From: Octopus vulgaris
Lineage: Eukaryota
Direction of reading: 5' to 3'
Length of the DNA: 64,000 nucleotides
NCBI GenBank assembly: GCA_951406725.2
Contig: OX597817.1
Span: 39,618,001 to 39,682,000 of the forward strand
Each line of letters opens with the position of its first letter. Position 1 is the stretch's first letter. The notes under the pieces were generated by a model. That model saw only the letters and a program-made list of their open reading frames with translations. It had not been told where the DNA came from and searched no databases. This document shows, piece by piece, positions 1 through 10,876 of the stretch. A program made the translations under genes and the position numbers.

Positions 1-619
1 AAAGAACATAGTGTCAAGCAATCTAAGTAGAAGGAATTTGTGGATGAAGGGAGAGAAAAGAAGAGAGAAAGATGTGGTGTAAAACGATCTCAGGTGGCTC
101 AACATCAAGAAGTAGATCAACAAAGGACTTTAACAATTGACAAGATGTAATACTGGAGATTTCTTTTCTTTTTGTGCAAGCACTGAAAAAAAGAAAACCA
201 TAAAATGATGCTGGGGGCAGTGGTGTCGGTGATGACGGTGTATAATACACAGTTTTATATTTTGTATGTATGCATTCCTTTTTATGAAGGTTGTACATAT
301 CCACCTTCACACATATAATATATTTTTGTGTTTGTGCATGTATCTTGCATGCACATGTGAAAGCTTATATCATACATACTTCTGTATACATGCATATATT
401 AATATAGAGATACTTTATATTAGTCTATTATTCCATCCAGAGCTTTGTGTGTGTACCTATATCTTATATAAATGTGGTTGTGAACATAAATCATATATAC
501 ACACTTTTCTGTGCATGTGTATATTTATATAGATATACTTTATATATGTCTATCATTCTGTCAAGAGAGCTTATGTATATGATGTGCACGTTTGTGAATG
601 TGTATGCTTATGATGATAT

Positions 620-713
620 ATATGTGTGTGTATATATAAATATATATATATATATAGATACACACACACACACATATATACATACATATATATATGTATA
701 TATACATATATAT

Positions 714-766
<53 letters not shown>

Positions 767-885
767 CATACATACATACATACATGCATGCATGCATACA
801 TACATACATGCATGCATGCATGCATGCATGCATGCATACATACATACATACACACACACAAACATATATATATATATATATATTT
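620..885. repeat. Compound microsatellite (TA)n/(CATA)n/(CATG)n
   Basis: Read directly; it generates the spurious YIYI/MHAC ORFs. Confidence 0.95.
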
Positions 886-1387
886 ATTTTTATGCATCTG
901 TATGTGTATTAACATAGATTTAGTTTATAGGTGTATTAGTCTCTCAACAGCTTGTGTATATATGATGGATTATAATGAAAGTATGTCACAGAGAGTTTGC
1001 ATCTGTTTGTCTTCTACATCATTTGGCTGCTGGCTCTCTGAAACTACAAAACTGTTACTTTGATTTGTAAAAAAATATATTTTTTCAAATCTCCTATGAT
1101 TTCCTGTTTGAAAGAAATTAGAGAAAAATATTATACTGGAATAGATTTATTAATTTCTTTCCTTAAAAAAGAAATATATTTTTGTCAAGATGGCTACACA
1201 ATATTTAGCACTGCATTCTCATATCTGCCTTTATGATGAAGATTGTGATCTGTATGTGTGTTATGTGTATATTTGTAGCACTACATTTTCATGACATTTG
1301 TAAGTGTATATGGATGTATGTGTGTGTATGTAGAAATATATTTATATGTATACATACATATGTACATATATACATACATACATATAT

Positions 1388-1446
<59 letters not shown>

Positions 1447-1451
<5 letters not shown>

Positions 1452-1647
1452 ATCCAAACATGAAAACACAAAGAGGAAACGCAACAACGTGAGGATGTGG
1501 AACAAATATAGTATCATTGGACGCTCAGGAAGGAAGGGAAGAAGGAGGGTTTAACATTACGAACGGAGCTCTTCGTCAGAAACATAGGAAAAGGAAAGAT
1601 CCAGAGAAGGGAAGACGGAGGGGAAAAAATTTCCAATGGTACACACG

Positions 1648-1650
<3 letters not shown>
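1447..1650 (-). mobile_element. Short Penelope-like (pseudo-LTR-type) element with a degenerate minimal hammerhead motif
   Basis: The minus strand at 1549-1583 reads gttt-CTGACGA-a-GAGC-tcc-GTTC-GtAA-tg-tt-aaac. It is flanked by (TA)n on both sides, and a related end fragment lies at 19357-19412. Confidence 0.6.
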
Positions 1651-1700
<50 letters not shown>

Positions 1701-1844
1701 GAGAAAGAGAGAGAGAGAGAAAGAGAGAGATAGTGAGAAAGAGAGCTAGTGAGAAAGAGAGCTAGTGATGCAGATAAATATGCTTGGGTATTATATATAA
1801 AATATACATGTAAATATATATATGGATACAGAAATATCCCCATA

Positions 1845-3452
1845 TGATTTGTTGTTTTGATATGATTTGATCCATTTTCAGCTCATGAGCTGTGGCCATA
1901 ATTTTACTTCACTAATTCTTTATAGAAATTGACATTTGGTGCATGAGGGAGTTTGATGCCACTGCCCCCATCTGCACTTCCTGCTGTGAAATTGGTTCAT
2001 CTGGAATTCGGCAGTAAGAGGTCCAGTTTCATTTTGAAAACCCCTACATCCACCCCATGTAGGTCTCTCAAGTCCTTCAGGAGGATATTAAGAGCTGTGG
2101 TCTCCTAAAGCCCAGGCTGTTGCAATATTTTGTCCTCTATCTTGATGGCAAATTTGGAGTCCTTGCACTATGCAGTGGCACTCTGTTCTAGCATTAGTAT
2201 CACTATCTTTGCCAAAATTTGGGACAAGTCCCTCTAGAATCTTCCAGATATATATTATGGCATATCTTTCTCGCCTACATTCTAAGGAATAGAGTCTTAA
2301 TCTCTTGAGTCTTTCCTAGTTGTTTATATGCTCATAGAGGCTCTCTTCTTTGTGTAGCTTTGTTGGAGTACCTCAAGTTTTGCAATTAATTTGACTCTGG
2401 TTGGTGACCATACCTGCGATCAATAGTCAAAGTGGCTTAGGACAAGTGTCCTCCAGAGGACTCTTATGGTTTTCTGATCTCTTGTTCTAAAAGTTCTAAG
2501 AATCCATCCAGTCAGCTGCCTGCATTTCATTGCCAACTTAGCAACATGCACATGGAAGGATGCATCATTACTCATGTAAATGTCCAGGTCTTGCACTGAT
2601 TGTGTTTCTGGCATTGCAGTTTAGTTATGCATGCTGATAGCACAAGGCTTGAAACTTTTCAGTATTAAACTGCTTGCTATTCTAAGCCCACTTGTATATT
2701 TCACCTGACTCACATTTCAGATACAAAGTGCTTTCAGGGTTCTGTATCACCCGTGTCACATTTGTATCATCTGCATAACTTGTATCATGTCTCTCTGTGG
2801 GGCTGAGGGCATATCTGAGAGGGACATTATGAAATTATGAACAGTAGCGGTCCCAAAACAGTGCCTTGCAGAATACTGTTCACTATTTGCGTGTCATTGG
2901 AGGTGGCCCCATTGGCTACTACAACCTGACTTCTATCCTTCAGAAAGTCATGCTGCCATTCTCCCAATTTCCTGACTATGCCGAGATCACACAGTTTGTG
3001 ACATATCATTTCATGATCGACTTTATCAAAGGCCTTTGCAAAGTCAAGATATATCACTTCCACATTTGAGTGGTTGAGCAGCTGTTTCAACACCCAGTCA
3101 TTGTATTGTATGAGCTGATTCAGGCAGCTTCTCCCTGGTCAGAAACCATGTTGGGTCTCAGTCAGCAAGTCATTTTCCTCAAGGAAGGTGATTAGTTTTC
3201 TTCTGACTATTTGTACCATGACTTTGCTGATGTGTGAGGTCAGAGAGATAGGTCTGTAGTTTTTGGCCACTACTCTGCTACCTCCTTTATGAATAAGGTA
3301 TATTTGACCCTCCTTCAGCTTGATTGGAAGATTTCCAGTTGCAAAAATGCTCTGAAATAGGGACTGCAGGGATCTTGCTAGGACTCACTTACATGCTTTT
3401 AGAAGGATTGCTAGGAATCCATCAGGGCCAGTAGCAGAGTTCGGGTTCATTT
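1845..3452 (-). mobile_element. Degenerate 5'-truncated CR1-group LINE (RT pseudogene, family 2)
   Basis: Minus-strand fragments IYLDFAKAFDKVDH, QGTVLGPLLF and GWILRTFRTRD, with multiple stops and frameshifts. The 3' end is tggccacagctcatgagctgaaaa plus an AAATC-like tail. Confidence 0.9.
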
Positions 3453-3504
3453 CATCTACAGCCCTTATTACATCGTCTTCTTTTATATTGATGATTATAA
3501 TGAT

Positions 3505-3704
3505 GCTGTAGTAGTGGTGGTGGTGGTGGTAGTAGTAGTAGTAGCAGCAGTAGTTGTAGTAGTAGTGGCAGTGGTGGTGATGGTGGTAGTAGTAGCAGCA
3601 GTAGTAGTAATAGTAGTAGTAGTAGTAGTCGCTGTGGTGGTGGTGGTGGTAGTAGTAGTAGTAGTAGCGGTGGTGGTTGTAGTAGTAGTAGTAGTAGTAG
3701 TAGT
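3505..3704. repeat. (GTA)n/(GTG)n trinucleotide microsatellite
   Basis: Read directly; source of the poly-V/poly-L ORFs. Confidence 0.95.
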
Positions 3705-4450
3705 ATTTCTATCTGCAACTTATGCTATTGCAAAATGATCTACTTAATAAAAAAGCTTAATCACAGCCACATGAAATATATTTTCAACAAGCCTGTCTAA
3801 CCCATGCCAGCTTGGAAAACAGACGTTAAATGAAGACAATGACAACGGTAATCATGGAGTAATAAAATTCAGTGTAACTTCATAAAAAATACAAGGTCTT
3901 CCTCATTTCACTTTAACACTTCATTATTCACATTTGCTTAAACCAGAATGATTTAGCATTCAAACCATTTAGCATCGAGACCAATTTTACTGTTACTTTA
4001 GCATTCAAACCAATTTCGGTTTTTCCCTCAACATTGTAGCATTTCAATCAACCAGATCTAGGCATCAAAGAGACATCATTATTTGTTGAAACCTCTCAGT
4101 ATTTGATTTGCTGGCCGGTTACATTTGGTAGTGCAAACACGACTAACAATTTACACTGGAAGTGATAATTTTTATATAAATTCAGGCAACACATGTAACA
4201 CTATTAGTTGAATGAAAGCTCATGGTTTAAATGTCCATCTCATTTCCTTCTTACCTTCCTTTTGATTGCATATTCTCTTTTATCTTTCTGTTTAGCAGCC
4301 TTCACATATCTGCCTGCTTAGCCAGCTGTTTCTCCCTTCTCACTTTCTCTCTCTCTCTCTTTCTCTGTTTATGTATGTTTTCTCTGTCTCTGTCTCTCTT
4401 GCTATGTATATATGTATGCACATGCGTGTATATATATATTCATGTATATA

Positions 4451-4483
<33 letters not shown>

Positions 4484-4719
4484 GTATGTATATTTGTATA
4501 TATGTGTATATATATATGTGTGTGTGTGTGTGTGTATATATACATACATATATATGTATGTATGTATATATGTATGTATATAATAAAATTCCAACTTAGT
4601 CTGATTTTCTCATTTTATTTGCAATATTAACAATTTTACAATATTGAAATAAACTAGTACATTCATTCATTATGCAATCATCAGGTTTCTGTAGTGACAG
4701 TTGTGATCCATTATTGACA

Positions 4720-4905
4720 ACTAATTGACCACTGAATCCACAAGTTTTTTTGTTCTCTCTCTGTTTATTTTCTCTTATTCCTTTCTATTGAAGAGCATAG
4801 TTACGAAAAATAAAAGACTCTTTCACTTTCCCGAGCATCAAACTAATACACCTGCTTGTTGTTCATACACCTGTCTTCGTCTTCTGTTTTTCTATGAATT
4901 TCAAC

Positions 4906-4907
<2 letters not shown>
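4720..4907 (+). mobile_element. Short Penelope-like element, degraded hammerhead-like motif (CTGTTGA subfamily)
   Basis: ctttctattgaagagcatagttacgaaaaataaaagac at 4781-4818; homologous by eye to 10600-10715 (-) and 33808-34020 (+). Confidence 0.5.
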
Positions 4908-4956
<49 letters not shown>

Positions 4957-5178
4957 CTTTACTTGTTTCAGTCATTTGACTGTGGCCATGCTGGAGCACT
5001 GCCTTTAGTCGAGCAAATCGCCCCCTCAGGACTTATTCTTTGTAAGCCTAGTACTTACTTTATCAGTCTTTTTTGCTGAACTGCTAAGCTACAGAGACAT
5101 AAACACACCAGCATCAATTGTTGAGTGATGTTGGTGGGGAGATGACACAAACAGAGACACACAAACATATGTATGTAT

Positions 5179-5213
<35 letters not shown>

Positions 5214-5350
5214 CGACAGGATTCTTTCAATTTCTGTCTACCACATTTACACACAAGGCTTTGGTTGGCCCAAGGTGTCACACAGTGTGACTGAACATGG
5301 AACCATGTGGTTGGTTAGCAAGCTACTTACCACACAGCCACTCCTGCACC
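4957..5350 (-). mobile_element. tRNA-headed SINE, family A (internally deleted)
   Basis: Reverse complement of the family-A sequence seen at 6228-6643. Confidence 0.85.
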
Positions 5351-5369
5351 TATACATACATATATATAT

Positions 5370-5646
5370 GCCAGCACCGCCTTGACTGGCATCTGTGTCA
5401 GTGACATGTAAAATGTACCAACTGATCGTGGCCGTTTGCCAACCTCCTCTGGCCCCTGTGCCATTGGCACATAAAAAGCATCCACTACACTCACGAAGTG
5501 GTGGGCATTAGGAAGGGCATCCAGCAGTAGAAACACTTCTAGATCAGACTGGAGCCTGGTGCAGCCTCCTGGCTTCCCAGACCCTGGTTGAACTGTCCAA
5601 CCCATGCTAGCATGGAAAACGGACGTTAAATGATGATGATGATGAT
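5370..5646 (+). mobile_element. RTE LINE 3' UTR fragment with (ATG)n tail
   Basis: Matches the 3' UTR of the RTE at 13394-13654, ending ggaaaacggacgttaaatgatgatg. Confidence 0.9.
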
Positions 5647-6175
5647 ATATATTAGGTTTGGAGGTGATGTACAGGTACTCAGAAATCTGGATGGTTGTAC
5701 ATTTACTGATTTTTATTAATATGTCGTATGTTTTTATAAATCATAAATTAGCGCTTGCATCTACTCTAGTAGATTCTTCAGATTTGACTTTTTTGAGGGG
5801 ATTCGTCTCTTTTTATAGTATTATTGAGTGTGTAGGGGTGGAGAGAGATATAGGATAGTAAAAGAGGGTGAGGAATAGGTAGAGAGTGTGTGTGTGTGTA
5901 TTTTTGTGTGTGTGTGCCTGTGTATCTGAAAGGAGTGTCAATGGAAAAGAGAAGGAAGAGAGAAAGAAGAAAAAAATGTGTTTACATCTATATAGCTGGT
6001 CAGTTCTTTCAATAGAAAGTGGTGAGTTGATTCTTGGCCTTTAAAAATGGCAAAACACAGTAGGGCTGAACCTGATTTCACTTTGTTAGTAAGCAAGGTT
6101 CTTAACCACACAGTTATGTGTATGTGTGTGTGTGTGTGTGTGCATGCGTATGTGTGTGTGTGTGTGAGTGCATGC

Positions 6176-6227
<52 letters not shown>

Positions 6228-6228
<1 letters not shown>

Positions 6229-6405
6229 GGAGTGGCTGTGTGGTATATATAGGAGTAGCTTGCTTATGAACCACATGGTTCTGGGTTCAGTAACACTGCA
6301 TGGCACCTTGGGCAAGTGTCTTCTACTATAGCTTCAGGCCGACCAAAGCCTTGTGAGTGGATTTGGTAGACGGAAACTGAAAGAAGCCTGTCGTATATAT
6401 GTATG

Positions 6406-6436
<31 letters not shown>

Positions 6437-6643
6437 ATTTATTTGTGTGTCTGTATTTGTCCCCCCAACATCTCTTGACAACCGATGCTTTTGTGTTTAT
6501 GTCCCTGTAACTTAGTGGTTCAGCGAAAGAGACTGATAGAATAAGTACTAGGCTTACAAAGAATATGTCCTGGGGTCGGATTGATCGACGAAAGGTGGTG
6601 CTCCAGCATGGCCACAGTCAAATGACTGAAACAAGTAAAAGAG
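6228..6643 (+). mobile_element. tRNA-headed SINE, family A (CORE-like motif, internal TA/TG microsatellite)
   Basis: A-box-like TGGCTGTGTGG, B-box-like GGTTCAGT, CORE-like ccttgggcaagtg, and 3' end gactgaaacaagtaaaagag. More than 10 copies occur in the window. Confidence 0.85.
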
Positions 6644-7011
6644 TATATATACGTGTGTGTGTGTGTGTGTGTGTGTGTAAATATATGTTCTTGTATGTGT
6701 TTGTTCTACAATATAAAACATAAAGCTGTTCAGTACAGCCTTACCTTAGAAGTGTGTATGTTGTTTGTGTTAAAAGTTTGTATAATCTATCGATAAGAAC
6801 AGTTAACCTAAAGGTTGATTGCATAAAACCTCCTGATCCATATACATATAAAATCCTGTTTGCCTTTCATCTGGCACATGCAGATACATATGTATGCATG
6901 CTTTTATTGGCTTCAGCAGTCATTGAGATATGCCACTGTTGGTGCACTGCGATAAATATGTGTGTGTGTGAATGCACTTATATATACATGTATACATACA
7001 TACATATATAC

Positions 7012-7074
<63 letters not shown>

Positions 7075-7379
7075 TAATACACATACACATGCGCGTACAA
7101 AATGGTTGTTATGGAATAGAAATAACTCTGGCAATAGAACATTTTTTGGGAAATAGTACACTCCTTCCACCACACATACATTCTAATCCCTCTGATGTCT
7201 TTGCTCTCTCCCTTCCTCTCTTCACTTGCTTCAGCAAACATACATACCAAAGGTTATTCAGTGCTGGCTGTATATGATCATTTTCACTCTTACTCCCTTA
7301 ACAGTGATTGGTGAGCAAGACAGCCTGTCTAGTGTTGGTGCCTTGTAAAAGGCACCCAGTACTCATTGTGAAAGTACAT

Positions 7380-8030
7380 GTCTCTGGTTAGAGCATTGGG
7401 TTTACAATCATGAGGTAGTGAGTTTGATTCCCCGGACCAGGCAGGCTGTGTGTTGTGTTCTTGAGCAAGACACTTCATTTCCCATTGCTCTAGTTCACTC
7501 AGCTGTAGAAATGAGTTGTGATGCCGCTGGTGCCAAGCTGTATTGGCCTTTGCCTTTCCCTTGGATAACATCAATGGCATAGGGGGAGGCTGGCGAAAAG
7601 GTGGCGAGCTGGCAGAAACGTTAGCATGGTGGGCGAAATGCTTAGCAGTATTTCGTCTGCCACTACGTTCTGAGTTCAAATTCTGCCAAGGTCGACTTTA
7701 CCTTTCATCCTTTTGGGGTCGATAAATTAAGTACCAGTTACGCACTGGGATCGATGTAATCAACTTAATCCCTTTGTCTGTCCTTGCTTGTCCCCTCTAT
7801 CTTTAGCCCCTTCTGGCCAATAAAGAAATAAGAAAGGGGAGGCTGGTATGCATGGGTGACTGCTGGTCTTCCATAAACAACCTTGCCCAGACTTGTGCCT
7901 TGGAGGGGGACTTTCTAAGTGGCAATTTTAGCTATATATCTATTCTATTCAGTTCCAACTTTAAAATGTAATGTTTGCGTTTCCGATTATAAGTGCAATC
8001 CCATGGTCATTCATGACTGAAGGGGGTCTT
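7380..8030 (+). mobile_element. tRNA-headed SINE, family C (Deu/Nin-like central motif), carrying two nested insertions
   Basis: tRNA-like head followed by tgtgttcttgagcaagacacttcatttcccattgctctagttcactcagctgta; related copies at ~20440-20705, 27515-27740 and 47370-47585. Confidence 0.7.
7594..7835 (+). mobile_element. tRNA-headed SINE, family B, nested with an 11-bp target site duplication (TSD)
   Basis: TSD ggggaggctgg at 7583-7593 and 7836-7846; central motif gtcgactttacctttcatccttttggggtcgataaattaagtaccag. Confidence 0.9.
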
Positions 8031-8759
8031 ACTCACTGTAAATTGGTGGGTGCATAAGCTGAGATTAAGTAGAAGTATAAGTAGCCTTTGATTTGCTTCA
8101 CTGAGGACTATTCAATCTCTTTTGTGTTGGCATCATGAGAAAATTCACCCAGTACAGTCTGTAAAATAGCTGGCAGTAGGAATGGTATCCAGTCGCAGAA
8201 ACCAAACCAAGTCACTCATATCGGGCAGAAATGTATTAGTGTCTGTCTGTGTAGGGGTGCATAAATGTATATGAGTCTGTCTCTGGAAGCAGGCAGCAAC
8301 TTTCAATATGAAATGACTCGGATGTAGAAAATGATGATGATGATGATGACACAGTTTCTTCTGCAAGCAAAGAAGAAGGAGGAGGAGGAGGAGGAGAAGA
8401 AGAAGAAGAAGAAGAAGCTGATGATGATGATGATGATGGAGATGGAAGAGAAATAAGTTTAATTCAATCTGATTATAATAGTTCCTAAAAATATCTCTGA
8501 TTTCATGAATTCTTGATTGAACAAATGGTTTGGCAATTTTGGCTATTTATCTATTCTATTCAGTTCCAACTTTATAACGTAGTGTTTGCGTTTCCGATTA
8601 TCTCAAGCATAAATATATATGTGTGTGTCTGTCTGTGTAGGAATGATATGGAAGCTAAGGATGTAGTTCAGACAAAGTTAAAGCTCAAAAGTTGTCTTCA
8701 TTTGTTTTCCAAAGGTTGTCACATTGATAATGTAATGAGCTATTTATGTATGTATGTAC

Positions 8760-8920
8760 AGGAGTGGCTGTGTGGTAAGTAGCTTGCTAACCAACCACAT
8801 GGTTCCGGGTTCAGTCCCACTGCGTGGCATCTTCGGCAAGTGTCTTCTGCTATAGCCCCGGGCTGACCAATGCCTTGTGAGTGGATTTGGTAGACGGAAA
8901 CTGAAAGACGCCTGTCGTAT

Positions 8921-8953
<33 letters not shown>

Positions 8954-9356
8954 GTTTAACGTCCGTTCTCCATGCTAGCATGGGTTGGACGGTTCAACTG
9001 GGGTCTGGGAAGCCAGAAGGCTGCGTCAGGCCCAGTCTGATCTGGCAGTGTTTCTACAGCTGGATGCCCTTCCTAACGCCAACCACTCCGTGAGTGTAGT
9101 GGGTGCTATATATGTATATATATATATAAGTGTGTGTGTATATGTTTGTGTGTCTGTGTTTGTCCCCCTAGCATTGCTTGACAACTGATGCTGGTGTGCT
9201 TACGTCCCCCGTCACTTAGCGGTTCGGCAAAAGAGACCGATAGAATAAGTACTGGGCTTACAAAGAATAAGTCCTGGGGTTGATTTGCTCGACTAAAGGC
9301 GGTGCTCCAGCATGGCCGCAGTCAAATGACTGAAACAAGTAGAAGAGTAAAAGAGT
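8760..9356 (+). mobile_element. SINE family A split by an RTE tail inserted into its internal microsatellite
   Basis: 5' half at 8760-8918, 3' half at ~9108-9356. Confidence 0.85.
8920..9107 (-). mobile_element. RTE LINE 3' tail fragment
   Basis: (CAT)n followed by cgtttaacgtccgt..., the reverse complement of the RTE 3' end. Confidence 0.9.
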
Positions 9357-9417
9357 GGAACTGAACCCAGATCCATGTAGGTCAGAAGAAAACGTCTTTA
9401 CCACACAGCCATGCTTA

Positions 9418-9460
<43 letters not shown>

Positions 9461-9521
9461 TAGCATGGAAAACGGACGCTAAACAATGATGATGATGATG
9501 ATGATGATGATATATATATTT

Positions 9522-10437
9522 ATATATAAAATAATATGTTACATTTACTCAATAGTCAAGATAAAACTCTGAGTTTCAGATGCCGAAGTGGAAATCCACA
9601 ACACCATCTCTTCGGTTATCTGGCCATCTGAAAAACGCTATGAAAAAATACCATTATATAAAGGGAAATTACTGTATTATAATTCTGCTATTTATATAAA
9701 ATAAGATTAAAATTTCATTGTAAACACGTAAACATGGCTAGTTATATGCTCATATGTGTGCTCGCGGACCCACGTGCGTACTTATACGTCACTATGAAAA
9801 CGTACACATCTTCACTCGCATTTTTCGCCAAATATATACGCATATATATACAAACTCATACACACACACACACATGTGTACCGTAAAAGTTCATATATAC
9901 GTCTATATACGCACAAGCACAAGAAAAACCATGGTTAAACGTAACAGATAAAAACATAAGGAAGTATACAAAGCATAAAAACCACGTTCATATACGAACA
10001 TGCCCCTATGCGCACTTACACACACACACCCATATATGTACATACCCGCACATGTTTATATATGCATACACAAACCCGCATATACAAAAAATGAATATAC
10101 ATATGCCCCCCCCCCAAAAAAAAAAACCCCTAAAAAAATGGAAAAATACTAAGTAAAAACGTCTATATATATATGCATTCTTATGCCTGCACACACACAC
10201 ACATCTATGTGTATATATAGCCATCTTTACGTGTTTACTATGAAATTTTAATCTTATTTTATATAAGTAGCAGAATTATAATATAGTAATTTCCCTTTAT
10301 ATAACGGTATATATATAAACATAGCGTTTTTCAGATGGCCAGATAACCGAAGAGATGGTGTTTTGGATTTCCACTTCGGTATCTGAAACTCAGAGTTTTA
10401 TCTTGACTGTTGAGTAAATGTAACATATTATTTTATA
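9522..10437. repeat. ~220-bp inverted repeat pair (9522-9740 / 10218-10437), probable Penelope-type inverted pseudo-LTRs
   Basis: The arms are reverse complements with about 8 substitutions and one short indel region (by eye). Each arm holds a hammerhead-like motif. Confidence 0.85.
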
Positions 10438-10503
10438 GATAAATTTCCTCTATTTACATAATATTGAGGTCTCTTTCTTTCTTTTGTTATCTTACCGTTT
10501 TTA

Positions 10504-10544
<41 letters not shown>

Positions 10545-10599
10545 CATAAAAGAATGAATATGTATTTATATAAGTATATATAGTTAAAATTTATAGAAA

Positions 10600-10715
10600 A
10601 ACAAAAGACGAAGACAGATCTATGAGCCACAAGCAGGCGTATTGGTTTGATGCTTGGGAAAATGAAAAAATCTTTTGTTTCGAGCCTATGCTCTTCAACT
10701 GAAAGGAATAAGAGA
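10600..10715 (-). mobile_element. Short Penelope-like element fragment with hammerhead-like motif (CTGTTGA subfamily)
   Basis: The minus strand at 10671-10706 reads cctttcagttgaagagcataggctcgaaacaaaaga. Confidence 0.55.
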
Positions 10716-10876
10716 AATATATATATATGGTTGGCATTATATGGGAGGCCATCCAGCTGTAGATATATATCTCTTTCTCTCTATATATATATATGCATAC
10801 ACATACATATATATGTATATGTATATATATATGTATATGTATATGTATATATATGTATATGTATATATATATATAT

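Noticed and set aside
31-150. Short purine-rich open frame EFVDEGREKK...TIDKM*
   Set aside because: Upstream in-frame stop, no pyrimidine-tract acceptor, and no recognisable homology.
3452-3738. Poly-L/P and poly-V ORFs
   Set aside because: Trinucleotide microsatellite.
6228-6300. tRNA-like sequences at SINE heads
   Set aside because: They continue directly into SINE bodies and show no complete cloverleaf; not called as tRNA genes.
10793-10876. Apparent N-terminus of the 866-aa ORF
   Set aside because: Flanking TA repeat fused in frame to a 5'-truncated LINE; the endonuclease N-terminus is missing.
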